From positions 199,888,001 to 199,952,000 of the forward strand of contig OZ024740.1 in assembly GCA_964016885.1 (NCBI GenBank): a stretch of 64,000 nt of DNA. Direction: 5' to 3'. The notes beneath the pieces were generated by a model. That model worked only from the letters and a program-made list of their open reading frames with translations, was not told the origin of the DNA and did no database searches. This DNA comes from Eledone cirrhosa (taxonomy: Eukaryota). How positions within the stretch are numbered: position 1 is the first letter of the stretch; every line of letters begins with the position of its first letter. The translations under genes and the position numbers were made by a program. This document shows positions 1-10,861 of this stretch, in pieces.

Positions 1-25
1 CGTTAACCATCCAGATTATAGTGAA

Positions 26-3000
26 TTGGAGGAGGATATCAGGATCGGTTGGATGAAGCTGCCGGGAAATATAACTGAACTTGAACGGCAAAGGTTAAGT
101 GATTTGATCCGTGATTTGCAATCATGTCTTAGACAGTGTAATCCTTATGTTATGGATTTCATGTTGGTGGCTGAACTGCAAAATGTTCAGCAGCAAACAT
201 TGGTCATTAAGGCTGACGCAGTGCCAAGGAACAAACACGAACGGCGATATAAGACCCCTGAAGGGTTTCGTGACGTTGGGGTGTTGATGGACGATAAGCC
301 TGGATCGAGAGATATCGTCCTCAATCGCAGAGATGGTGGTCTCAAGACTATCAATGAGTCAAATAGAGCATACGATCCATTGCATTATGTTCTTTTATTC
401 CCAAAAGGTGAACATGGATGGAACATGTCTGTTAATTTAGATGATCATGAGAATCAGCATCAACTGGGAGGTGGCAATAGACACAATAATTCGATTCGCG
501 ACTTTTACGCGTTCCATTCGAACGAGAGGAATCAACAAAGAAATGCACTATTTCAAGCCAGCAGATTGTTCCAGGAATACTGTTGTATGGCATTCGCAAA
601 GATCGAAAATCAAAGGCTAAATTATATAGCTACACATCAGAAAAATATCAGAGCTGAATTGTATAATAACATACAGGATGCGATAACAGCCAATGATGCC
701 AATTACACGCAAATTGGTCGACGCATCATTTTGCCATCGTCATTCATCGGCGGCCCGAGATATATGAACATTCGCAATCAGGATGCAATGGCTATTTTCA
801 GAAAGTTTGGAAAGCCAAATGTGTTTATAACGGTTACATGCAATCCTGAATGGACTGATATTAAGGATGCACTTTTACCAGGACAACAGCCAAAAGACAG
901 TCCTGATATTGTGGCAAGAGTATTCAAAGGATATCTGAAAAAGATAATGGATGATGTGGAAAAAGAGGGAATATTTGGAGGTATAGTTGCTTTTACATAC
1001 GTAATTGAATTCCAAAAAAGAGGATTGCCACATGCACATTTGCTGATCATTTTACATAGAGATTGCAAATTGAGATGTGCTGAGGATGACGACAGCATTG
1101 TGTGTGCTGAACTGCCGGAGAATGAGGCACTACGCAACTTGGTGGCAAAGTCAATGGTGCACAACCAATGCGGAGTGGCAAATCGGAAAGCGCCTTGCAT
1201 GAAAAATGGCCAATGCAGTAAGCACTTTCAGAAATCTTTTATCACGAACACTTCCTGGAACGATGGGGATACTCATCCCTCATACAGAAGACGGTCGCCT
1301 GCCGATGGCGGTTTGGTCGAAAATGTAAACGGTCGACAGGTTACAAATCAATGGGTTGTGCCATATAATCCATATTTGATTATGAAATGTCTTTGTCATA
1401 TTAATGTGGAAATTTGTAGCTCATTGAAAGCTTTCAAATATCTAATCAAATATTCAAATATGTTTACAAGGCTCATGATTGGGCAATGTCAGGAATGAGG
1501 AAGCGAACCAAGGAGATGAAGTTGGCAGGTTCCAGGTTGTTTGCTTGATGGGATCTAGCGAGGCTTGCTGGAGATTGTTCGATTTTGATCCCAATAAACG
1601 CAAACCCAGCGTTCAGAAACTGACGGTTCACTTAGAGAATAGGCAAATGGTCTGTTTTCAGGACACTAGAAGAGGTGTCGCAAGAATTGCTAACGCATCA
1701 CCTCCTAAGACGGAATTGACTGAGTGGTTGAAGCATAATAGGGAACATGCTTTGAGCCCGGATCAAAGGCAACTCTACTGCGATTTCCCTTCGCACTATA
1801 CGTGGGATAAGAAGGGAAAGATATGGAATGATAGAATACAAAAGTTGAGATTCATGACTATTGGACGGGTTTGTAATGTCCATCCAGCATCTTGTGATGT
1901 GTTTTATCTCCGAATTCTGTTGCATAGTGATTTTTCGAGAGGTAAACAGAGCTTCGCTGATTTGAAAACAATCATGGCGTGGAATATGAAACATGCCAGG
2001 CTGTGTGTCAACATCTGGGACTCCTTCAGGATGACGCTGAATGGAATAACGCCATGGAAGCTGCAGGAACAATACAGATGCCAGCTCAAATAAGGCAGTT
2101 GTTTGTCACTATTCTAGGATTCTGCAATCCTGCCGATCCAAGAGAGTTATTTGAACGCCATTGGGGAATTATGGCTGATGATTTTAGGCATCATCTTCAG
2201 ATCGATGATGAACATTTGATGAAGGCTTTTGTTTTGCTCAATATTGAGCAACTGCTTGAAGTTCATTTGAAATGTTTGAGAGATTTCAATTTGCCAATTC
2301 CTGATGAAGAAATGCGGCAACGTATCTTAGCATTGAACATGAGATTGCAGCTTAGACGGTTGCCACTCGATCGGAGGGAACTATTCCAGTTTGATCCGCT
2401 GGAACAGCAACGTATTGTGGATGAACGTATGCCAATGTTGAGCGAATCTCAGAGAGAATTGGTCGATGGCGTTCTCCACTCGATTTTCACTAATGAGCAA
2501 CTTTGTGCTTTCATAGATGCTCCTGGAGGCACCGGAAAGACATTCTGTTTCAACACTATGTTATCGGCAGTCAGAGCTCAGAGGAAGATTGCTCTCCCTG
2601 TAACCACCAGTGGTCTCGCTGCCACTTTGCTGAGTGGTGGAAGGACCTTCCACTCATGCTTCAAGGCTCCATTGGCTCCGGATGAGTTGAGTGTTTGTAA
2701 CATTACAGGGCAAAGTGAACTCGCGGGCCTTATACGCAATACGTCTCTGATTATTTGCGACGAGGCTCCAATAGCACAGAGATATTTGCTGGATGTATTG
2801 AACAGTACTTTGAGAGATATCTGCGGTAGTGACCTGCCATCCGGTAGTAAGACTATCGTTCTTGGTGGCGATTTCAGACAGGTGCTATGAATTGCTAGGA
2901 ATGCTCAAATAGCGCAAATTGTCGATGCATGTCTGAAAAAGTCCCCGTTGTGGCGCTATTTCAGAGTTTTGCGATTACACGATAATATGCGACTTCGTAT

Positions 3001-3790
3001 GTTCAGGCAAAACGAAGAGGCTGAGACATACGGCCGATGGTTGATACAGTTGGGAAACGATGAATTGCCACATATTGGTGATAATCAGACTGTAAGAATC
3101 CCAGACCATTTCGTCATGTCAATTGACCGCCAAGCTTTGATTGACTGGGTGTTCCCTAATGTGAATGCTTTTTGGCAGAATATCTCCTGCATATCGGAAC
3201 GCGTTATTCTAACTCATACGAATGCAACGGTCGATGAAATAAATTCACAAGTAACCGAAATGTTTCCTGGAGAGGAATAGTTGACCGTCAGTGCGGATGC
3301 CATGGAGACTAATCAGCAGACCAATATGGATGTTCCGACTGAGTATCTGAATTCACTTCAAATACTCGGATTTCCCCACATATTTTGAGGTTGAAAAAAG
3401 GTATGCCTATTATATTGCTTAGAAATATCAATCATAAATGGGTCTTTGCAATGGTACAAGATTGATTATTGAGAGATTGATTAACGGAAGAGTTTTAGAA
3501 AGCTAAACTCCCAGGCAGAGAGGAATCGGTTCTCATTCCGAGGATCATGCTGAGACCAAGTGAAGATATGCTGCCATTCATTTGGCAAAGGAGAGTTTCC
3601 CGCCAATTTGGCCTTCACCATGACAGTCAACAAGACACAGGGTGTCTACTTGAATGATCCACCATTCAGCCATGGGCAACTGTATGTTGCTGCATCTCGA
3701 ATGTGCGATCCTGATGGTATAGAATTTGCAATCGATACCACTAGCAGAGGAACAACCTTGAATATTGTCTATAATGAAGCTTTGAGCTGA
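26..3790 (+). pseudogene. Helitron RepHel transposase (HUH Rep plus Pif1-like SF1 helicase), frameshifted, 5' end outside the window
   Basis: Rep motifs FITVTCNPEW, VIEFQKRGLPHAHLLI and KYLIKY in 26..1498. Helicase motifs DAPGGTGKT, DEAP, GGDFRQVL and FSHGQLYVAASR lie in consecutive ORFs broken by frameshifts and stops (1479-2093, 1979-2890, 2948-3280, 3560-3790). Confidence 0.96.
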
Positions 3791-4222
3791 TGTATGCATA
3801 TCTTTAAGGCTATCAATAAGCGACGTAAATGATTCGGACATTGGTATCCTTTCATCAGTATTGTGAGCTTTGACAGAGTTATCATTTATGTTCAATGTCA
3901 TTTATTGTCGATAATGAGCAATAAAAACCAACAAGTATTGGTAGAAATTGCCTTCAAATTTATCGCTTCTCTTTGCAGTCGTAATAAAACCTCATCATAT
4001 GCTGAGTCTGGCAAAAGGTGTGGTACCTATGGCCGGCCAGGGCTAGAGTAATATTGAAAAACGATTCTATTTTCAAAGTAGAAGGATCCGCCATTTGGAG
4101 TACAAACCAGGCCACCTCCCCGAGTTGAACTCTGGTCAATATTGACTGTCTATTACTCAGTGGCTAAGACCTGGAAATTTCTGAATACATTTTTGTGTCA
4201 TATAATTTGTTGTTTTATTATT

Positions 4223-4418
4223 AGGGCGTTGGATTGGCAGTATTGGTAGAGGGTGGAACGCCATTCTTTGACGTATAAATTTACGGTCCTTTCCATTCTG
4301 AGTTCAAATCCTACCAAGGTTAACTTTGCCTTTCATCCTTACGAGGTCGATAAAATAAAGTACCAGTAATGCACTGGTTAAATGCACTGGCCTTGTGTCA
4401 AAAGTAGAAACAATTATT
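4223..4418 (+). mobile_element. tRNA-derived SINE, full-length copy of the window's main SINE family
   Basis: A-box-like TGGCAGTATTGGTAGAG, B-box GAGTTCAAATC, conserved core CTTTGCCTTTCATCCTTACGAGGTCGATAAAATAAAGTACCAG (resembles the Nin-domain core, from memory) and 3' AAAGTAGAAACAATTATT. About 9 copies in the window. Confidence 0.9.
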
Positions 4419-4522
4419 ATAGCTGACCACTTATAGATAAGCATGTTATCCATATCCATATCAATTTGGCATTTGTATAAGCCATTTCAAGTAAATAGGG
4501 ACCTTTTTTACATTGAGGGTCA

Positions 4523-4880
4523 TCTTTTATATTAATAATCTATATCTATATCTACATATAATATAAACGATTTGAACTTCCATCATCCTTTTGAGAAACG
4601 TGGAACAATACACGTTTTACAGTCAAGCGGAAGATGAACCATCTCCTAGAGGTCACTACTCTAGGTGGGATCACCTAGAATTGTTCATATACTAGGCACA
4701 AACGGTATAACGAAGAATCTGGTATATCTGGAAGATTTTTTTTACTGTTTTCTGTATCACACAGACACCACGGACTAGCCTCATACTGTAACCAGACACA
4801 CATCCAATACAGTCATTTTCTCTTTTACCTGTCTTCTCTTATCATCTGTTTACCCGGGCGAAGATTGGTATGTCAGCTAG
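4523..4880 (+). mobile_element. Non-autonomous mini-Helitron, copy 1
   Basis: 5' A|TC, 3' CCCGGGCGAAGATTGG..CAGCTAG|T. Near-identical to 5730-6104. Confidence 0.85.
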
Positions 4881-5729
4881 TCTATATATTAATTTCAACA
4901 ACGTCAGTACTCCGTGTGTCATAATTCTCGATTATCATTGGTTCATAGCCTTCAAACGACTCCGCCCACCTCAATGACGCCAAACTTAAATTAATATAAA
5001 TAATTGTTTCTACTTTTGGCACAAGGCCAGCAATTATCCAGTGCATTACTGGTACTTTATTTTATCGACCCCGTAAGGATGAAAGGCAAAGTTAACCTCG
5101 GCGGGATGCCAATGAGGTAGTGATAGGTGAGAGTAAGAAACAGAGAGGCAAAATGAGCGCTGTAACAATTACCATGTGTGCGTGTGTATGTTCGTGCGCG
5201 TATGTTTATGTGTGTGTGCGTGCGTGCAGCATACCACAGAAAGTAAAAACTATGAACATGTGTGAGTGTGTAATTATGTGTAAGTGCACTGGTGCGTGTG
5301 TACGTTTCCATGAGTGTATGTGTGTGTACGTGGGGCGTTCCACAATCGCCACGCAGTTTATCTGTCTGTGTGCCTGTCTGTCAGTCCAACATACCATACA
5401 CAGAGATGTGAAGGGAATAAATAGGGACCTTTTATTACATTGACGGATATCTTTTATATTTATTATTGTGTCATTTTTTGACAATTGCTCGAAATGAATA
5501 CTGATAATAAAAGCAATTCTACTTTATCAAACAGTGAACTACAGCGGCGACGGCGTGCAGCCAGAAATGAAGAAAACTGGGCCGAACAGCGCTATTGTAA
5601 CGCTGAAATTCAGAGGCGAAGACGTGCCGCCATGAATGAAAATGAGCTGGCTGAACAACACCAACGAAACACTGGAGCCAAGCAGCGACGGCGTGCTGCG
5701 ATGGTTGAAGACGAATTGGCTGAGCATCA
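4881..5729 (+). mobile_element. 5' fragment of a Helitron encoding 23-aa STPR-like repeats (ORF 5485-5742), truncated by mini-Helitron copy 2
   Basis: Starts TCTATATATTAA directly after a CTAG. The ORF repeats QRRRRAA..E...AE with a 23-residue period, as in the N-terminal repeats of animal RepHel proteins. Confidence 0.65.
5000..5107 (-). mobile_element. Partial SINE (main family)
   Basis: Reverse complement of the SINE core and tail. Confidence 0.85.
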
Positions 5730-6104
5730 TCTTTTATATTAATTATCTATATCTATATCTACATATAATATAAAAGATTGGAACTTCCATCATCCTTTTG
5801 AGAAACGTGGAACAACCACGTCTTTGCAATGATACACGCTTTACAGTCAGGCAGAAGATGAACCATCTCCTAGAGATGACTATTCTAGGTGGGAGCACCT
5901 AGAATTGTTCATATACTAGGCACAAACATTACAACGAAGGATCTGGTATATCTGGAAGATTTTTTTTTACTGTTTTCTGTATCACGCAGACACCACGGCT
6001 AGCCTCATACTGTAACCAGACAAACATCCAATACAGTAATTTTCTCTTTTACCTCTCTTCTCTTATCAACTGTTTACCCGGGCAAAGCTGGGTAAGTCAG
6101 CTAG
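5730..6104 (+). mobile_element. Non-autonomous mini-Helitron, copy 2
   Basis: A|TCTTTTATATTAA start, CCCGGGCAAAGCTGGG hairpin, CTAG|T end. Matches 4523-4880. Confidence 0.85.
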
Positions 6105-6301
6105 TATATATATATATATATTGGTAAACGGAATAGAAAATGCTGACAAATTGTTCACAGTTGAAAAATAGTTTAATTAGGAATAAAAGAGTATTAGTAA
6201 TTGTATGGGTTAGTATTCAGTTGTGGTTTTAAGGTTTTACAGGTTGCGCATGTCTAAATGCTTTTCAAAATTAATTTTGAGATAGAGTGTCCAGAATAAC
6301 G

Positions 6302-6383
<82 letters not shown>

Positions 6384-6395
6384 TATATATATACA

Positions 6396-6444
<49 letters not shown>

Positions 6445-6678
6445 TTAGAAACACACAGATACATGCGGACACACACATATATACATGAATGCATCCGCAC
6501 CCAACTGTGAGTTAAGGGTGCCAACTTCACCGATGTTGCTCAATGAATGACTGGGACAGACCAATTCAGTTTGAACCAGACTGAACCAGTATCAGAGTTA
6601 AAAATACATTATGAAGAGAGAAGAAACATTTAGATATAATTAGTAATAAAATGTATCATACCTAAACTGTTCCTAAAT

Positions 6679-6766
6679 TCCTCGACTACGTAGTTTCGTG
6701 GCATAAACAAAAACAATATATCAAAGATATAGAGTCCTTGCGAGGTCTGCCGACTTATCAAGAGGA
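6679..6766 (-). ncRNA. Type I hammerhead ribozyme, U3:A8 core variant
   Basis: Reverse complement of 7220-7307. Confidence 0.8.
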
Positions 6767-7219
6767 TACCTCATTTTACTAGTCTCAAGAACGCGTCTAC
6801 ACGACGTGAGAAAGAATCCCAAAAGGCGGAGGGGGAGATAGTCACGCGATATAACGGTCGAGAAACAGAGCTAAGCCTCTTATAACCACGAAAAAAATAC
6901 CACGGAGGCGGAGGGGGTATTCATATCGAGGCCGTAGAAGAGGTAGTGAAGAAGGCGAGAAGTATGAGTAATGGAAGCTTTCCAGTTGTCCCCACACTTC
7001 AAAGATTGCTCGACCAGAGGGAGTTATTAATACATTTAGAAACACACAGATACATGCGGACACACACATATATACATGAATGCATCCGCATTCATGTATA
7101 TATGTATAGGCTTAGCTCTGTTTCTCGACCGTTATATCGCGTGACTATCTCCCCCTCCGCCTTTTGGGATTCTTTCTCACGTCGTGTAGACGCGTTCTTG
7201 AGACTAGTAAAATGAGGTA

Positions 7220-7307
7220 TCCTCTTGATAAGTCGGCAGACCTCGCAAGGACTCTATATCTTTGATATATTGTTTTTGTTTATGCCACGAAACTACGTAG
7301 TCGAGGA
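7220..7307 (+). ncRNA. Type I hammerhead ribozyme, U3:A8 core variant
   Basis: Stem I TCCTC/GAGGA; core TTGATAA; stem II GT(C)GGCA...TGCCAC; GAAA; palindromic stem III CTACGTAG; GUC cleavage triplet with predicted cut after 7302. Confidence 0.82.
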
Positions 7308-7810
7308 ATTTAGGAACAGTTTAGGTATGATACATTTTATTACTAATTATATCTAAATGTTTCTTCTCTCTTCATAATGTATTTTTAACTCTGATACTGG
7401 TTCAGTCTGGTTCAAACTGAATTGGTCTGTCCCAGTCATTCATTGAGCAACATCGGTGAAGTTGGCACCCTTAACTCACAGTTGGGTGCGGATGCATTCA
7501 TGTATATATGTGTGTGTCCGCATGTATCTGTGTGTTTCTAAATGTATTAATAACTCCCTCTGGTCGAGCAATCTTTGAAGTGTGGGGACAACTGGAAAGC
7601 TTCCATTACTCATACTTCTCGCCTTCTTCACTACCTCTTCTACGGCCTCGATATGAATACCCCCTCCGCCTCCGTGGTATTTTTTTCGTGGTTATAAGAG
7701 GCTTAGCTCTGTTTCTCGACCGTTATATCGCGTGACTATCTCCCCCTCCGCCTTTTGGGATTCTTTCTCACGTCGTGTAGACGCGTTCTTGAGACTAGTA
7801 AAATGAGGTA

Positions 7811-7898
7811 TCCTCTTGATAAGTCGGCAGACCTCGCAAGGACTCTATATCTTTGATATATTGTTTTTGTTTATGCCACGAAACTACGTAGTCGAGGA
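7811..7898 (+). ncRNA. Type I hammerhead ribozyme, U3:A8 core variant
   Basis: Same sequence as 7220-7307, 591 bp downstream. Predicted cut after 7893. Confidence 0.82.
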
Positions 7899-7964
7899 AT
7901 TTAGGAACAGTTTAGGTATGATACATTTTATTACTAATTATATCTAAATGTTTCTTCTCTCTTC

Positions 7965-8033
<69 letters not shown>

Positions 8034-8229
8034 GGGTGATGTATTTGTGTAAATGGTAGCACAGTGGTCAGGATAACTAAAGATGTGAGTTCGACTCCCC
8101 TGTACGTCAATACTCATATTTTTCCGTATATCTTAGGGTTCTAAACCCCATTATCAGACTAAAATTACTTTAGTAAAAAAATACGGTGAAAGGTATTCAA
8201 TTTTCTAGTATATATATATATATACACAC

Positions 8230-8294
<65 letters not shown>

Positions 8295-8333
8295 TAATAT
8301 AAGATCAAAAGATGGTTAAAGGAGTTCCATATA

Positions 8334-8400
8334 TTTTATTATGCGCATTTCAAAAACAAACATCATCAAGCAATAATATTTGTGTTTTCATCAGATAAAA
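8334..8400 (-). ncRNA. Type I hammerhead ribozyme (canonical core)
   Basis: Reverse complement of 8542-8608. Confidence 0.8.
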
Positions 8401-8541
8401 CAGGAGAACATGATATGAAGGCTAAAAAAACACTTGTTGATAGTGCAGTTTTAAATCAACATATCTATATATATATGATATGTTGATTTAAAACTGCACT
8501 ATCAACAAGTGTTTTTTTAGCCTTCATATCATGTTCTCCTG

Positions 8542-8608
8542 TTTTATCTGATGAAAACACAAATATTATTGCTTGATGATGTTTGTTTTTGAAATGCGCA
8601 TAATAAAA
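8542..8608 (+). ncRNA. Type I hammerhead ribozyme (canonical core)
   Basis: TTTTAT-CTGATGA-AAACACAAA...TTTGTTTTT-GAAA-TGCGCA (palindrome)-TA-ATAAAA. Confidence 0.82.
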
Positions 8609-8737
8609 TATATGGAACACCTTTAACCATCTTTTGATCTTATATTATGCATACTCCAGTCCCACAAACTGTAGAGTGCTTCTTATCCGATATCTGCATT
8701 GCTTTATTGTACTACAATAAAACTCACTATATATATA

Positions 8738-9624
8738 TCTACTATATAAATTGGAAGTGGTTGGACGTTGTATATTTAAGTAAGTAAGTAAGTGTAGTCG
8801 GATAAACGTCGAAACAGCTTCGTGGAATGCAGCGAAAATTTACACAATTATGCAAAATGACCCGAGGAGGCGTTGGGTCGACTTTTAGGTTACAAGCTTC
8901 CATGGTTACGGAGAAAATCGATGAAACAGGAATATCCCATTCAAATTGAACTGAGAGAAATCTGTGAACGCAGAAGTATATATTTCGAGAAACGTTCCAA
9001 CCGAACGAAAACAGGAAGACGATATTTTAATTCGTGAAGATGTTCCCTGGCAATGAAGGGAAAAAAAACGAGGATAATACGTCGTTATGTGGACCGTGAA
9101 GAACAATTTCATGCAAACACAAGACCAAGTTTCTGGTATAAATGGAGTCGTTAGACTAATATTCTATTTAACATAACAGAATAATTTCCAGCCCAGGAGT
9201 TTAAGAATGATGTCAATAAAATTGAAAACGAAAATGACAGAGGTTATTAAAATAGTAAATAGTGAACATTTAGGCCAGTACATACGTATGCCCCGACGGA
9301 CATACACATACATACGCACACACAAATACATATCCCTCCCCCCCCCCACACACACACACACTCACACAAACACACACACACACATTACTTATGTACTCCG
9401 GATGGTCATGGGCACTTTCATTTTTCCAGATATTGATTAGAGGGCCTCCCGGCAGATAACCCCCTTTAACCACTTCCTTGGAGTTGACTGAAGAACTCCA
9501 GTGCAATGCAACAAAACGTCATAACTTCTGGAGTTCGCAACCGATTTTCACAAAGCTTGACACATGGGCTACATTATACACAACTGCTATTTAATACCCG
9601 AGCAAGGCCGGGTACCTTTGCTAG
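8738..9624 (+). mobile_element. Non-autonomous Helitron (about 0.9 kb)
   Basis: A|TCTACTATATAAA start. Ends with the CCCGAGCAAGGCCGGG hairpin and CTTTGCTAG|T. Inserted in TA. Confidence 0.85.
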
Positions 9625-9637
9625 TATATATATATAT

Positions 9638-10496
9638 AAATGGAAAAAAATGAGACGGAATTTCATTTCTCACTCTTAGTACGGCTGATACCTAAATATA
9701 AGTATGTATACGTACATACATATATGTGTACAGACGTACAGTAGTATGTATGTATATATATATACATACATGCACACACCCATATATGTACGTATGCTTT
9801 ATCAAAAATGTATTATAATGTTCGGTTAGTTTGTAAACAAACAGCCCGAATTACGCAGTACAGTGCTCGGTAACCATCGTCGCCCTTTTGTTCAACACTG
9901 ACACAGGAACGATGTACTAGTTTCAACCTTATTAGTTATCGTCAGCATCGTATACCTTTCTGTCAGATGATTGAACGTTTGAAAGCATATACTTTCCCTA
10001 TGCATCTTAATGGCTGAGCAGCCGAATGTGCATATCGAGTGAGTTAGTCGGCCGAGCGGACGGAAAACGATAAATGGAAAAAAATGAAAGAAACGAAATT
10101 TCATTTCTCACTCTTAGTACGGCTGATATCTAAATATAAGTATGTATACGTACATACATATATGTGTACAGACGTACAGTAGTATGTATGTATATATATA
10201 TATGCATGCATATATATGTACGTATGGGTTTACTGAACATTTATTATAATGTTCGGTTTGTTTGTAAACAAACAGCCCGAATTACGCCGCACAGTGCTCG
10301 GCTACCATCGTCGCCCTTTTGTTCAACACTGTACGACGTAATTCGGACTGTTTGTTTACAAACAAACCGAACATTATAATAAATGTTCAGTAAACCTATA
10401 CGTACATATATATGCATGCATGTATATATATATATACATACATACATACTACGGTACGTCTGTACACATATATGTATGTACGTATAAACACTTATA
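9638..10496. repeat. Partial tandem repeat (period about 433 bp; 9638-9900 matches 10070-10331) plus an inverted copy (10337-10496); PLE-terminus-like architecture
   Basis: Direct and inverted sequence matches. The motif GAAATTTCATTTCTCACTCTTAGTACGGCTGATA recurs at about 40214-40246. Confidence 0.7.
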
Positions 10497-10510
10497 TATA
10501 TATATATTTA

Positions 10511-10581
<71 letters not shown>

Positions 10582-10632
10582 CATATACATATATATATCA
10601 TACATATATAACTATTAAAATACGCACGCACG

Positions 10633-10681
<49 letters not shown>

Positions 10682-10685
10682 GTGT

Positions 10686-10731
<46 letters not shown>

Positions 10732-10781
10732 ACGTGCGTATTTTAATAGTTATATATGTATGATATATATATATGTATATG

Positions 10782-10861
<80 letters not shown>

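Larger units (their letters stand above)
6441..7968. mobile_element. Non-coding retrozyme-like element: 591-bp unit, about 1.1 copies on the minus strand (6441-7090) and about 1.45 copies on the plus strand (7108-7968), inside (TA)n
   Basis: Direct repeats with a 591-bp period on both arms (6441/7032 and 7220/7811). The arms are reverse complements of each other, with one hammerhead per unit. Confidence 0.8.
8294..8726. mobile_element. Fold-back PLE-terminus/retrozyme fragment (arms about 8294-8464 and 8477-8649) in (TA)n
   Basis: Near-perfect inverted repeat of about 170 bp with an HHR in each arm. Its 3' tail (8678-8726) recurs at 40328-40378. Confidence 0.75.

Noticed and set aside
4030-4046. 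TGGCCGGCCA palindrome plus CTAG as the 3' end of the autonomous Helitron
   Set aside because: The spacing is short and CTAG is followed by A rather than T. The boundary is left unassigned.
4223-4310. tRNA gene
   Set aside because: A and B boxes are present but there is no cloverleaf. It is a SINE head.
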